Below the pieces are notes generated by a model. The model was not told the DNA's origin, ran no database searches, and saw only the letters and a list, made by a program, of their open reading frames with translations. The translations under genes were made by a program, and so were the position numbers. DNA of 57,453 nucleotides from an uncultured virus (IMG/VR IMGVR_UViG_3300045996_004413) (taxonomy: Duplodnaviria; Heunggongvirae; Uroviricota; Caudoviricetes): the IMG/VR virus record IMGVR_UViG_3300045996_004413; one strand, written 5' to 3'. This document shows positions 25,300 through 35,199 of the stretch, one piece after another; the first letter of the stretch is position 1; every line of letters begins with the position of its first letter.

Positions 25300-26526
25300 A
25301 TGAGCCCGAACGAAGTATCAGATCTTGCCGTTGCCCTGTCCACGATTGCTGTCTCGGCGAACCTGCCCATGAAGATCGCCGCGGACTGGTCGTCGCCTCT
25401 CGCCGCTGGCGGCATCGGCGCCGGCGTCGGCGGCCTAGGCGGGTTGATTACGTCCATCGCCAAGGGCAAGAACCTCAAGGAAACCCTGACCAACACCGGT
25501 CTGGGCGCCGCCGCTGGCGGCGCTGCGGGCTTCGGCGGCAAACTGCTGCTGGACCAGGCGGGCGTGACTGGCACCCCGGCCCCAGGCATCTCCAAGGCCC
25601 CGCCCACCGCTGGCGGCAAGGGCTTTATCCGGATGGGCGACGACGGGCAGATGCACGTCACTGACCCGTCGGGCAAATTCCTGTCGTACGCGGGCAAGCC
25701 CGGGCAGAACGCCCAGATCCGCCAGGTCCTCGACCACGACCCGGGTTTTAGCGATGCGTGGTCGCATAAGGGCGATCACGCCATGGCTGGAGCCGTCGGC
25801 GCCGGCGCGGGCACTGGCGCTGTGGGCGCTGTTCACCTGACGTCTAAGGCGATCTCCGACATCTTGAACTCCAGCAACGCCCGCAAGGCAGTAATGCGAG
25901 ACGTAACCGGCCTCAAAGACAAAGGATTTGTTGCAGACCACCTGCGGAAGATCCCCGACGGCTCCCGCAAATCGCTGGCCAATATCCTGAGCCCCAAACC
26001 AATCTGGACCGGCGGCAATCCGCTGACGAAACCCCTGGATAAGTCCAGGGTGGAGCAATTCATCGAAAACGACCCGAAACTCAAAGGCGTGCTTTCCGGG
26101 TCCGAAAGGCTGCCGAGCGGTGACCCCCTAGAGTCCGCTCAAGGCCAGCACATGAAGACGGTCAATGACCTGCAAATAGCAGAAAAGCGACTGGCTGCTT
26201 TGAAAGCCATGGGCGGCAAGGTTGGACCCGCAACCCTGGAAGCCGCGCAGCACCGCGTCGATCGCCTCAGGGGCGAAAGCCAAAATTTCAAGACGACGCT
26301 CAGGTCGGACATCACCAACAAGCTCAACCCTGTGGCGAAGGGCGCGCCCCCCAGCCGCGGCAAAGGACTGCCGATCGGACGTGGTTCGTACATGACCGGC
26401 GGTGCCTTGGGCGCCCTCGGAAGTGGCATCCTGTCCGTCTACAACCACAACATCAAGGATCAGGACTCCGCCAACGCCTTCTACAACGCCGCCGACCGCG
26501 ACGACTTCTACAGCTCTGCCAAGTAA
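25300..26526 (+). CDS. Glycine-zipper protein with K-x-A-terminated leader (408 aa, Cys-free)
   Basis: Leader ending PMKIA; GGIGAGVGGLGG, GLGAAAGGAAGFGG and GGALGALGSG segments. Confidence 0.8.
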   Translation: MSPNEVSDLAVALSTIAVSANLPMKIAADWSSPLAAGGIGAGVGGLGGLITSIAKGKNLKETLTNTGLGAAAGGAAGFGGKLLLDQAGVTGTPAPGISKAPPTAGGKGFIRMGDDGQMHVTDPSGKFLSYAGKPGQNAQIRQVLDHDPGFSDAWSHKGDHAMAGAVGAGAGTGAVGAVHLTSKAISDILNSSNARKAVMRDVTGLKDKGFVADHLRKIPDGSRKSLANILSPKPIWTGGNPLTKPLDKSRVEQFIENDPKLKGVLSGSERLPSGDPLESAQGQHMKTVNDLQIAEKRLAALKAMGGKVGPATLEAAQHRVDRLRGESQNFKTTLRSDITNKLNPVAKGAPPSRGKGLPIGRGSYMTGGALGALGSGILSVYNHNIKDQDSANAFYNAADRDDFYSSAK

Positions 26527-26535
26527 GGAACCGCC

Positions 26536-27990
26536 ATGTTCAAGATCTGGTCCCCCTACGGCTTCAACACCGACGTCGACCCCTTCAAGATCGTGCGGAT
26601 CTCCAGCAAGGGCGCCGACCGGTCGTGGATGAAGTCCGCCTCCGTCTCCCCCCTGCTGCAGGGGATCCTTGCGGGCGAGTTCCAGAACTATAAGCTGGCC
26701 AAGGATCACACCTTGGTGTGGCTTGCGCCCGTGGCCCAATCCGAGTGGTTTTCCTGCAACGTCAACGGCGACGGCTTCAGCAAGAGGGCCTGCGAGAACT
26801 TCCACGAGACCTTCCTGACCGGGCACAATTTCCGCGAACACGATAACCAGGATCCCAAGAAGGGATTCGGCCGCCCGGTCGCCACGGCCTACAACCCGGA
26901 GATGGGCCGCATCGAGCTGCTGTCCGACGTGGACAACACCAAGAACGCCAGCGTCATCGAGGCGCTGGAAAACGGTCGCGCCGTGGACTGGTCCATGGCC
27001 TGCCGGATCGACTACGACGTGTGCAACGTGCCCGAGTGCGGCAACCGCGCCACCACCCCCCACGGCCCCGGCCCCAAGGATGCCAGCCGCCAGGAACTCG
27101 ATCGGCCCAAGCCGGGATACTGCAAACACGCCCGGGAAATGCTCGGGGCAATCCTCTCCGACGGCCACCGGGTTTACGTCGACAACCCCCACCCCTACTT
27201 CTTTGACTGCAGCCAGGTTGCGACCCCGGCCGAAGTCATCGCCCGGACCATGCAGTTCCGCAAAGCGGCCTCCAGCAAGGTGGTCGCCGGGCAGAGCGGG
27301 GCGGACCTGGCGATCGCCGCCGGCCTCGAGACCCCCCTGTACATCACCGCAAGCCTCCCCTCGGCGTTCACCCGCAAGGCGGCCATCGCCCAGAAGCTGG
27401 CGGAGATGGAGAAGCGGATGCCCATGGAAATGACCGCCTGGCGGTCTCTGGCGGCGGGCAAACCGACCATCTCAGAAGAGTCGAAGAAAAAAATCAAAGA
27501 AAAAACTGCCAGCGAAACGGCGACTCTCGGGGCCTTCCGCGCACAGGAAATTTTCCTCGATCTTCGGACCTTCTCCCAGGTCACAAAACTTGCCTCGGAA
27601 TCGACCATCGAAGAAGCCGAGAAACACCTGCCGGTCTTGTTCACCAAGCTTGCGGATCGCCAGCTGCTCACCGACGCGGCCAATGACGGCACGTACGATA
27701 ATTGCCCTGTTTCCCCGGGAAATTCTGCAAGTGTCAAACTGGCCAGCGAACTCGCCCCCGAGTTGTCGCTCGCGGCACACCACGTTCGGACACGCCTGAT
27801 CGAGACCGAGGAATCGGCTCCGATTCTCGCGTCGAAAAACACTCCGAAAATCGCCTCGGTTTCCGCCGACCGTTTGCTCCGGAAATACGCCGCCTACGTG
27901 TTGAGCGAATTGACCAACTGCAAGGACGCAGGCGAGTTGAACGTGCGGATGCCCTTGACTGTGCTCAGCCGTGCGGTAGCATCGAACTGA
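26536..27990 (+). CDS. Prohead (capsid maturation) serine protease with Zn-binding insertion
   Basis: NGDGF, FREH (candidate catalytic His), WSMAC (candidate catalytic Ser), CNVPECGN...YCKH, and FFDCSQVATPA matching the E/D-x-S-x-V-x-x-P-A end of HK97-type proteases. Directly upstream of scaffold and capsid genes. Confidence 0.75.
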   Translation: MFKIWSPYGFNTDVDPFKIVRISSKGADRSWMKSASVSPLLQGILAGEFQNYKLAKDHTLVWLAPVAQSEWFSCNVNGDGFSKRACENFHETFLTGHNFREHDNQDPKKGFGRPVATAYNPEMGRIELLSDVDNTKNASVIEALENGRAVDWSMACRIDYDVCNVPECGNRATTPHGPGPKDASRQELDRPKPGYCKHAREMLGAILSDGHRVYVDNPHPYFFDCSQVATPAEVIARTMQFRKAASSKVVAGQSGADLAIAAGLETPLYITASLPSAFTRKAAIAQKLAEMEKRMPMEMTAWRSLAAGKPTISEESKKKIKEKTASETATLGAFRAQEIFLDLRTFSQVTKLASESTIEEAEKHLPVLFTKLADRQLLTDAANDGTYDNCPVSPGNSASVKLASELAPELSLAAHHVRTRLIETEESAPILASKNTPKIASVSADRLLRKYAAYVLSELTNCKDAGELNVRMPLTVLSRAVASN

Positions 27991-28040
27991 ACACCCAATT
28001 TTTCATTCTTGGCCCCAAGATTTCCAATCGGGAGTGACCC

Positions 28041-29243
28041 ATGACGATGAACGGCTCCATTATCGAAGCTCTCACTGCGTTGGGCGGCAACCTCAAGACC
28101 GCTGGCCGCAAGAGCGCCGCTGATGCCCCGACCAGCCACCCGGTTGGCAGCGCCGATGACGGTGCGATTCCCGCCAAGGAAGGGGAATTTGCCAAGACCA
28201 ACCTCACCGACTCCAAGCGCACCGGCGGACCCCTGAGCGTCGATAACGCCGAAGATGGCGTCCACCCCACCAAGAAACAGAAGAACCTCCCCCAGCAGCA
28301 GGAACTGAATCCCACCTCCGCTGACGGCCCCGTCCCCTCCGAAATCAAGCCCAAGAAAACTGTTGAATCCGGCGATGACGACAACGACGCCGGCGCCCTC
28401 GGCGGCCAGGAAACTGGCGGCGGCAAAGGCGAAGGACACGTCGGCGGCGTTGGCGGTCCGAAGTTCGCCAACGCCAAGGTCGTCAGCGACATGGACGAGT
28501 TCCTCAAGTTGGCCTCGGCCATCATCCCCCAGGAAGAAAAGCCAATGGGAGCCGCGGGGAACGCCACACCGGCGTCTCAGACGTCGGCCCCCGCGGGGTC
28601 CAAGGCCGCCGGCGCGGTTGAAGACGGCATCTCGCAGGAAGAAGCCAACGATCTCCTGGAACAGGAGAAGCAGGCCTCGATCCTCATCAAGCACACCCTC
28701 GCCAAGATGAACGTTCCCGAGAACGCTTCCGTGGCGACCAAGCGTGCGGCGCTGGTTCAGGCTGTCGCCGCGGAAGGCGAGAAAGCTGCCAACGGCTGGC
28801 TCGCTTCCATGGACGAACGCGTCCTCACCGCAATCACGACCGGCAACCTCGACGTCCTCGGCCTGAAGAAGGCTGACGATGCGGGCGCCGCTCTCCCCCC
28901 GTCGGTTCCCAGCGGTGACGCTGGTGCGGCCGCTGGCGGCGAAGCTCCCCCGGCAGGTGCCGAAGGCGCTGCTCCCCCGGCTGGCGGCGAAGGCGGCGGC
29001 GACGTCGAACAGGTCATCCAGCAGGTTCTCGCGGCAGTCCAGGCGGGCGAGATCCCGGCGGAAGAAGCCCTGGGCCTGCTCAAGGAAATGGGCGTTCCGG
29101 ATGAGATCATCGCCCAGATCGCCCAGCAACTCGGCGGCGCCGGTGGCGCTGCCGCGGGCGGCGAAGGCGCTGCCCCGGCCGGTGACCCGGCTGCAGCTGG
29201 TGGCGCCCCGGTGGCGTCCCCGGAATCTGGCACCACGGTTTAA
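28041..29243 (+). CDS. Putative scaffolding protein (400 aa)
   Basis: Acidic, Gly/Ala/Pro low complexity, many K-x-A motifs, located between protease and capsid. Confidence 0.6.
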   Translation: MTMNGSIIEALTALGGNLKTAGRKSAADAPTSHPVGSADDGAIPAKEGEFAKTNLTDSKRTGGPLSVDNAEDGVHPTKKQKNLPQQQELNPTSADGPVPSEIKPKKTVESGDDDNDAGALGGQETGGGKGEGHVGGVGGPKFANAKVVSDMDEFLKLASAIIPQEEKPMGAAGNATPASQTSAPAGSKAAGAVEDGISQEEANDLLEQEKQASILIKHTLAKMNVPENASVATKRAALVQAVAAEGEKAANGWLASMDERVLTAITTGNLDVLGLKKADDAGAALPPSVPSGDAGAAAGGEAPPAGAEGAAPPAGGEGGGDVEQVIQQVLAAVQAGEIPAEEALGLLKEMGVPDEIIAQIAQQLGGAGGAAAGGEGAAPAGDPAAAGGAPVASPESGTTV

Positions 29244-29300
29244 GTGCCGCTTCGGCGGCTGATGACGAGCAACCACGAGCACTTCACACGGAGACTCTCC

Positions 29301-29717
29301 ATGTCGGACAAGACGACCAAAACGGCGGCTGAACTTCTCGTTCAAGGCGTTGCCACGGTGAAGGCGGCCAAGGCCGACATCGCCCGCCTGGAAGGGGAAC
29401 TGACCAAGAAGGACGCCACGATCGCGGACTTCACCAAGCAGGCCAACGACGCCGCTTCCATGGGCGACACGATCGGTGATCTGCTCGTTCGCGCGGGCCG
29501 GATCAAGCCGACGCAGAAAGCTGCGGCGATCAAGAACCTGAGCAACCCGGCGAAGCTCGCCAGCGAGCTCAAGGATGTTCTCGAGCTGATGACCTCCAGC
29601 ACCTCGGTCGGCAACCCCGACCCCGCTGGCGCCCAGACGCCCAACACCAAGCAGGCCAGCGAACACCCGATGCAGAACGCCGACGACTCGCACCGTCGCC
29701 GTATCGGCCTCGCCTAA
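29301..29717 (+). CDS. Small coiled-coil head protein with K-x-A motifs (138 aa)
   Basis: Start moved to ATG 29301 (GGAGA SD). Confidence 0.75.
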   Translation: MSDKTTKTAAELLVQGVATVKAAKADIARLEGELTKKDATIADFTKQANDAASMGDTIGDLLVRAGRIKPTQKAAAIKNLSNPAKLASELKDVLELMTSSTSVGNPDPAGAQTPNTKQASEHPMQNADDSHRRRIGLA

Positions 29718-29794
29718 CGAACTCCCCATCGTGTTGCAGAACGTCTGCAACCTGTAACTGTTAAAAACCATCGTCTTGTACGAAGGGAAATACA

Positions 29795-30373
29795 ATGAGC
29801 CGCGGACCAGTCCCCTTTCAGAATCAGTCTGCCACCAGCGCAGTGACCCGTGTTGCCCAGGAAGAACTGTATGCCAAGCTCCTGACCCAGACTCAGGGCG
29901 CTTTCGGCACCAACACCCAGATCGACATGGTCGCCCCCAACGGCGAAGCCGATCCGTCGGACATCGAAGCCGGCATGGTGGTCTACCTCGACACCAACAC
30001 CCAGAGCTTCAAGCTCGGCATGGCGGGTTACTCCCTGCCGTACTTCGCGAAGCCGGCCGGCGGGTATAACGGCGTTCCCGCCGCGGGCAACGTCTACGGC
30101 GACGGCATCCTCGCCCTCCCGGCGTGCGTGCCCTACCGCATGATCACCAACAACTACGCTGCAGGCACCTACAACCCCGGCACCCCGCTGGGTGTCGTGA
30201 ACACCGGCGCCAGCAAGGGCAAGGTTTCGCCCGGCAGCTACTACAACGATCACATCGTCGGCATCGTCGCCCGTGGCGTCCTGACGAACTACGACAAGGC
30301 GGGTCGCTCCGTCCTCGAGTTCTTCACCTACTGGCTGCCGGCGCTGCACACCCAGGGCTCCACGATCAGCTAA
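29795..30373 (+). CDS. Putative head decoration / capsid-stabilising protein (192 aa)
   Basis: Beta-rich Gly/Tyr sequence (IEAGMVVYL, YNPGTPL, IVGIV) immediately before the capsid gene; highly expressed codon bias. Confidence 0.55.
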   Translation: MSRGPVPFQNQSATSAVTRVAQEELYAKLLTQTQGAFGTNTQIDMVAPNGEADPSDIEAGMVVYLDTNTQSFKLGMAGYSLPYFAKPAGGYNGVPAAGNVYGDGILALPACVPYRMITNNYAAGTYNPGTPLGVVNTGASKGKVSPGSYYNDHIVGIVARGVLTNYDKAGRSVLEFFTYWLPALHTQGSTIS

Positions 30374-30408
30374 CGCTGGTCTAGCCTCGGCTGACAACGA
30401 CCCTTAAC

Positions 30409-30430
30409 GGGGGCTTCGGCCCCCTTCCTT
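30409..30430 (+). terminator. C(UUCG)G-tetraloop hairpin, weak terminator or mRNA stabiliser
   Basis: GGGGGC-TTCG-GCCCCC followed by TTCCTT, between the decoration and capsid genes. Confidence 0.55.
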
Positions 30431-30503
30431 CCCCCGGGTTTCGCCCCCGAGTGAATGGTGAGAAAAAGGCGCTTTTAACAAGACCCCTGCAGGAGATTCT
30501 CCC

Positions 30504-31511
30504 GTGAAAGAATACATGGGTTCCACTCTGACTCCCGCCGAAGTCAAGCAGTCGAACGAGCAGATGCTCGAATGGCTGCGGTCTGACTCGGAAGGAGGCG
30601 GGACGAAAGCCGCCGCGTCCACCACGGAGATGATCCGTACGCGTGTTCGCGAAGGTTCAATCGCCCGGAACATCCTTTCGCCGCGCAACATCGGCCCCGC
30701 GGACCTCGTGCCGTCGCTGACGGACGACGATCCTCGCTACCTGGGCGAGATCGAGCCGGACACCCCGGGCGGCGTCGTGCTGCCGTTGGGCGCCCGTCCG
30801 CAGGCGTGGTACTTCTTCGGCAAGCGTTACGAAGCGCGGTTCAACCGCCTCGAGACGCCGCGCTACATGAAGGACACCACCCAGCTGCTCACCTACAAGA
30901 CGGACCTCCGGCAGGTGCTCAGCGACGCGTCGCTCAAGGACCTCCTGTCCCTGGAAGACACCCGGTTCATCCAGATGTGCAACAACGTCATGGCGCCCAC
31001 CACGCTGACCTACGGGGAAACCAACCCCAGCAGCGGCGTGATCCAGTGGGACTCGATCAACGACGACATCAACCCCACCTCGGTGGCCGATGCGTTGACG
31101 ATCATGAACCGCTCCAACTACGGCCTCGATCCCGCGACCGTGCTCGTGAACCTCAACTTCGCCAAGCAGATGATGAAGTGGGGCCGCGACGACTTCGGTG
31201 GTGATCTCGCCGAAGATGTGAAGAAGAACGGCTTCACCGAGCGCCAGTTCATGGGCGTGCGGTGGCTGGTGACGATCAAGAACTGGCTGGTTCCGGACGG
31301 GGCCATGTTCCAGTTCGCTCCGCAGGAATTCATCGGGGAAACCCTGATCCTGACGGACTCGACGATGCACGTCCGCAAGGACGCGTACAACATCGAGTTC
31401 TGGTCGTACCAGGAAGTCGCCCAGATCCTGGCCAACTCGGCTGGTATCGCCCGCTGTGACTTCCTCCTGGCCAGCTGGTCGGGCGGTGACGGCACCCGCA
31501 CCTACGTCTAA
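30504..31511 (+). CDS. Major capsid protein (HK97 fold, 335 aa)
   Basis: AGGAG SD. Size, position after protease/scaffold, strong codon bias and downstream terminator fit. Also IRTRVREGSIARNIL, a KDLLSLEDTRFI spine-helix-like segment, and FMGVRWLVT. Confidence 0.8.
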   Translation: MKEYMGSTLTPAEVKQSNEQMLEWLRSDSEGGGTKAAASTTEMIRTRVREGSIARNILSPRNIGPADLVPSLTDDDPRYLGEIEPDTPGGVVLPLGARPQAWYFFGKRYEARFNRLETPRYMKDTTQLLTYKTDLRQVLSDASLKDLLSLEDTRFIQMCNNVMAPTTLTYGETNPSSGVIQWDSINDDINPTSVADALTIMNRSNYGLDPATVLVNLNFAKQMMKWGRDDFGGDLAEDVKKNGFTERQFMGVRWLVTIKNWLVPDGAMFQFAPQEFIGETLILTDSTMHVRKDAYNIEFWSYQEVAQILANSAGIARCDFLLASWSGGDGTRTYV

Positions 31512-31542
31512 GTAGCTGCGGTCAACCCCTGAGTATGTAAAG

Positions 31543-31590
31543 TTGGCTCCGGTTGCTGGCACCAACCGGCAACCGGAGCCAAAACCTTTT
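31543..31590 (+). terminator. Intrinsic terminator / strong hairpin after the capsid gene
   Basis: 14-bp perfect inverted repeat TTGGCTCCGGTTGC (31543-31556) / GCAACCGGAGCCAA (31569-31582), then AACCTTTT. Confidence 0.7.
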
Positions 31591-31623
31591 CTGACGACCT
31601 TCTAGTCCCCTGCGGAGACAGCC

Positions 31624-31983
31624 ATGTCCACGACCACCAAAGTGGCCCGCCCCTCGACCCCGAACCTCGACCTGCTCAGCGCGCTGCACGAGAACGTGTT
31701 TCGCCCCGCCGGCGCCCAGAAGCTCGCCAGCGTGAACCAGGTTCCCAACAACATCGAAGAGCTCGACCAGGCCCTCACCGTCGGCCAGAACGTCGCGCGT
31801 TTCGTCGAAGCCAAGGCCGCGGCCGTCAACCGCGTCTCGCCCGTGCTCGCCCATGCCAACAAGGTCGCCAAGGCCCTCGGCATGCCCAACAACGAGCAGG
31901 ACGTGTACGCCGACCAGGTCAACGCCCAGATCGACGCGAACCCCGCCCTCGCCCAGAAGTTCGCCGCCGCCCTCGGCCAGTAA
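31624..31983 (+). CDS. Small Ala-rich head protein with K-x-A motifs (119 aa)
   Basis: GGAGA SD; KVAR, KLAS, KAAA, KVAK, KFAA. Confidence 0.8.
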   Translation: MSTTTKVARPSTPNLDLLSALHENVFRPAGAQKLASVNQVPNNIEELDQALTVGQNVARFVEAKAAAVNRVSPVLAHANKVAKALGMPNNEQDVYADQVNAQIDANPALAQKFAAALGQ

Positions 31984-31990
31984 GCCAACC

Positions 31991-32038
31991 CCGGAGATCG
32001 CATCTCCGGCCTGACGCCCCGAAAGGGGCGTTCCTCTT
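31991..32038 (+). terminator. Two tandem hairpins, the second with a GAAA tetraloop
   Basis: CCGGAGAT-cgc-ATCTCCGG (31991-32009) and ACGCCCC-GAAA-GGGGCGT followed by TCCTCTT. Confidence 0.55.
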
Positions 32039-32063
32039 CGCTCTCCTTTAACCCGGAGCTTGC

Positions 32064-32777
32064 ATGTTTCTGCCCATTCGCACGCGTATCACCAACACGA
32101 CTGGCACCGGCAAGACGCCGGCCCAGTCGCTTCGCATGCCATACCTGAGCCGGTTCGGGATGTTCATCCCCCCGGGCGGATCCGTTACGATTCCGGGTCA
32201 CCTGGAATCCCAGCTCCGGGCCAGCAAGACGCAGCTCGTGGGCCTTCACCGGCATTGCGAAGCCGGCGACCTCAAGCTCGAACACGAAGCCAAAGTTGGC
32301 GACGCGTGGGTCTCCATTGAAACCGCCCTGGGTTTCGCGCCCCCCGCCGCCGTTCCAGTCGCTCCGACCACTCCGGCTCCCGCTGACACGGCCCCGGCCG
32401 AGAAGGTGGAACTGGCCCGTGGCACCGGTGAGCCGGAGCTGGCGGCCTTCAACGCCCTCCCCCTGCCGACCGTCGAACCGGTCGTCGAATCGCCCACCGT
32501 CGTCGAGACGGTCGCTGAGAACCTCCCGACCCCCACGACCGAGTTGCCGCCGGTGACGGCCACCGTGACTGCGGCCGAGTCCGAGGAAGCCGCGCAAGAG
32601 CAGCCTTTCGTCGCTGGCTCGCTCCCCCCGGAGCAGCCGCCGTTTGTTGACGAGCCGCTCCCGGTCACCGATGGCCCCGCCCTTGTCGATGCCCCGTTTA
32701 ACCCGGCCTCCGAGCCGACGCACGAGATCACACCCGAATTGATGGACGGTGACCCCGACAACCTTTCCGCGGAATGA
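32064..32777 (+). CDS. Hypothetical protein with acidic Pro/Thr/Glu-rich tail (237 aa)
   Basis: GGAG SD; globular N-terminal ~90 aa followed by low complexity. Confidence 0.75.
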   Translation: MFLPIRTRITNTTGTGKTPAQSLRMPYLSRFGMFIPPGGSVTIPGHLESQLRASKTQLVGLHRHCEAGDLKLEHEAKVGDAWVSIETALGFAPPAAVPVAPTTPAPADTAPAEKVELARGTGEPELAAFNALPLPTVEPVVESPTVVETVAENLPTPTTELPPVTATVTAAESEEAAQEQPFVAGSLPPEQPPFVDEPLPVTDGPALVDAPFNPASEPTHEITPELMDGDPDNLSAE

Positions 32778-32785
32778 GGTGATGG

Positions 32786-33646
32786 GTGTTTGCCAACCAA
32801 AATATCTTCTCGGGTCATGGACCTGAGCCGGTTGTTGTCACAATCCCCCAGAACAGCAGCCCCCGTATCCCCTTCACCCTCGTCGACGGCGAGGGTGCAG
32901 CCATTGATTGCGTGAGCCAACTCTCCACGCAGGACGCCGCCTCATACGCCAACTGGGCGGCCACCGGGGGATACGTGAAAGCCGCTGCGCGGGAAGCCGT
33001 CTTCACCGACGCCCTGTTCGCTGTCTCGGCAACCCCGGTCGACCCCACCGCCGGCACCTTTACCTTCCAGCCCCCGATCGCTAACACCGGCTCCCCCGGG
33101 ATCTACCTGCTGGAGTACTTCCTCTTCAACTCCCAGGACATCCTGGTGGCGAGCAACCCCGGCCACCTCGAGATCCGCGAATCGATCGCCCAGCGCAGCG
33201 ACAAGCTGCCCGGCTTCTCGATCGCCCGCCTCCGCCAGCGGATCCGCGACACCAGCCCCCGGTCCAACCGGGTACTCGAGGAGTGCGAGTTCAGCCTGGC
33301 GGAGATCACCTCCGCAGCCAGCAACGCGGTCAGCTATTACAACGAGCACATGCCTTTCCAGGATGCCTTCACCACTGCCGACTTTCCCTGGGGCGAACAC
33401 CTGTGCCTCGGGGTGATGGCCGAGATCTTCCAAACGGCCGCACTCTGGTACATCCGGAACGACTTGAAGATTCAGACCGGTGGCCTCGCCGCCGACGACA
33501 TGGGCAAAGGTCCCGTCTACATGCAGATGGCTGAGAACTTCCGCCAGCGGTGGGAGAAATGGGTGGTCGCGCACAAGCGTGACCGCAACATCAAACGTGG
33601 CTGGGGCACCGTGGGCAGCGGCATGTATCGCTCCCGGAGGCCGTAA
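32786..33646 (+). CDS. Putative neck / head-tail adaptor protein (286 aa)
   Basis: GAGGTG SD; Ig-like N-terminal half; adaptor-like helical C-terminal half (IARLRQRIRD...EFSLAEI); post-capsid position. Confidence 0.55.
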   Translation: MFANQNIFSGHGPEPVVVTIPQNSSPRIPFTLVDGEGAAIDCVSQLSTQDAASYANWAATGGYVKAAAREAVFTDALFAVSATPVDPTAGTFTFQPPIANTGSPGIYLLEYFLFNSQDILVASNPGHLEIRESIAQRSDKLPGFSIARLRQRIRDTSPRSNRVLEECEFSLAEITSAASNAVSYYNEHMPFQDAFTTADFPWGEHLCLGVMAEIFQTAALWYIRNDLKIQTGGLAADDMGKGPVYMQMAENFRQRWEKWVVAHKRDRNIKRGWGTVGSGMYRSRRP

Positions 33647-34518
33647 TGTCCTTCGACGAAAACGAAAACCCCTTCGAAAAGGTAGCGGTCTTCCTTGGCG
33701 TCCAGGGCGGCGCCGAGGTTTCGTGGATCCCCAAGGCCTCGCTCCCCCAGTACCCCGCCCCGTGGACATTCCGCGTCGAGGTCGCCCCCACGCCTGTCGC
33801 CCCCTGGGTGGCCGTGGGGACGGTGAGCAGCGCCAACTGGTACCTCGCAGATCCTGCCCGCTACAAGTACGACACGCTCGCCGAGGTCTGGTACCGCGTG
33901 GTGCTTGTCGACGCTGACGAGGCAGAACACCCCGGCGCCCCGGTGCAGCCCGGTTCGGTTCTCAACCGCCGGGACTGGATCAACGCCCGGGAGATCTGCC
34001 GGCAGGCCTACCAGCGGCTTCGCCTGGAAACCGGTCGCCCCGGCTGGCTGCTCAAACGCAAGCAGTTCTGGGGTCCCTTGTGCGAAACCTGCGGCCGAGA
34101 GACCACCGGCTCCAACACCAACAGCCAGTGCCCGGAGTGCTACGGCGTGGGCATCACCGGCGGTTACTACGAGCCGTTCCCCATGACACTGGAATTTGGC
34201 CGCTACGGTATCGAAGCCGTGGATGAGCCCTCCGGCGGATACCGCCAACACAACGACATCCTTGCGGTGAACTTTCCGCGCATCGACCCGCTGGACGTCT
34301 GGATCGACAAGCTCAGCGATCGCCGCTTTGCAATCCAACCACGGATCGAGACCGTGACATCGCACCGCGGCATCCCCCTGGTCGTGGGCCTGCGGCTCTC
34401 GCCGATCGAGACCAAAGACGTCGTGTACACCATCGCCCGGCCCAGCACAAACTCCCCGATGTCGCCGGCCGCAAGCAGTATCGGCGGCCTGTACTCCAGC
34501 AGCGAGTATTTCCGATGA
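33646..34518 (+). CDS. Putative neck / head-closure protein with Zn finger (290 aa)
   Basis: CETC...CPECYGVGITGGY motif; position between adaptor and tail completion genes. Confidence 0.55.
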   Translation: MSFDENENPFEKVAVFLGVQGGAEVSWIPKASLPQYPAPWTFRVEVAPTPVAPWVAVGTVSSANWYLADPARYKYDTLAEVWYRVVLVDADEAEHPGAPVQPGSVLNRRDWINAREICRQAYQRLRLETGRPGWLLKRKQFWGPLCETCGRETTGSNTNSQCPECYGVGITGGYYEPFPMTLEFGRYGIEAVDEPSGGYRQHNDILAVNFPRIDPLDVWIDKLSDRRFAIQPRIETVTSHRGIPLVVGLRLSPIETKDVVYTIARPSTNSPMSPAASSIGGLYSSSEYFR

Positions 34519-34676
34519 CCACGTATGGACAGCCAGGCAAGAGAGAGCCCAACCAGCCCACAAGCGTGGTGAAAGAGAACGCTGCGCCCAAAGATCGCGA
34601 GCAGCCAATCATCGAAACCGTTTCCGTGCGAGAGTGGAAACCCTCATGGGAGTCGATCATCAGAGCTTTGAGGTAA
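34515..34676 (+). CDS. Possible small protein (53 aa)
   Basis: ATGA-coupled to the previous gene (MTTYGQPGKREPNQ...WESIIRALR); 3' end overlaps the convergent endonuclease gene. Confidence 0.35.
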   Translation: MTTYGQPGKREPNQPTSVVKENAAPKDREQPIIETVSVREWKPSWESIIRALR

Positions 34677-35172
34677 CGATTTTTCTCCGGGCGGCGGACG
34701 GTTTAACGATCAACCGCATCTCCTTTGCCGGAGGCTTTTTAAGGTAATCAATTGCTGCAGCCAGTATTCGACAGTCATCACGAAACAGACCAACTGCGGT
34801 GTTACACCGAGAACACAAGCAGCCGCGGATCTCGTGCGTTTTGTGATCGTGATCAATATGCAGCCGCCGTCCCGCAGCAGGCGCCGCGCCGCATATTGCA
34901 CATTTGCCGCCGTGACAGGCAAGCAGTTGATCGGTTTCGGCTGGAGACAACCCGTAGTTATACGCCAGCGACAACTGCCAATATCTGCCTTTGTGCTTGT
35001 GGTAATACGCTCGCCGCTTGGCAACGATCACTTTCGCATTCCGTTGAAACCAAGCCTTTTTTCGAAGTTGGATCCGAGCCCTGTTTTTTCGGTAATACGC
35101 CCGCTTTCTGGCTCGTATCCGTTCCGCGTTCTTCGCGTGATATTCCTTGTCGTAGGCCACTTGGTCTCGCAT
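34660..35172 (-). CDS. Endonuclease VII-family (His-Me finger) protein, probable free-standing homing endonuclease
   Basis: CAICG...RLHIDHDHKTHEIRGCLCSRCNTAVGLFRDD...AAIDYL; basic N-terminal repeats; AGGAGA SD; lower GC; only credible minus-strand gene. Confidence 0.9.
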   Translation of the reverse strand: MRDQVAYDKEYHAKNAERIRARKRAYYRKNRARIQLRKKAWFQRNAKVIVAKRRAYYHKHKGRYWQLSLAYNYGLSPAETDQLLACHGGKCAICGAAPAAGRRLHIDHDHKTHEIRGCLCSRCNTAVGLFRDDCRILAAAIDYLKKPPAKEMRLIVKPSAARRKIVTSKL

Positions 35173-35199
35173 GTAATCTCCTTTCGATGAAAGTATACG

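Noticed and set aside
32090..32120. GTGKT as a Walker A motif
   Set aside because: Lacks the leading G/A of GxxxxGKT, and there is no Walker B or ATPase-sized domain.
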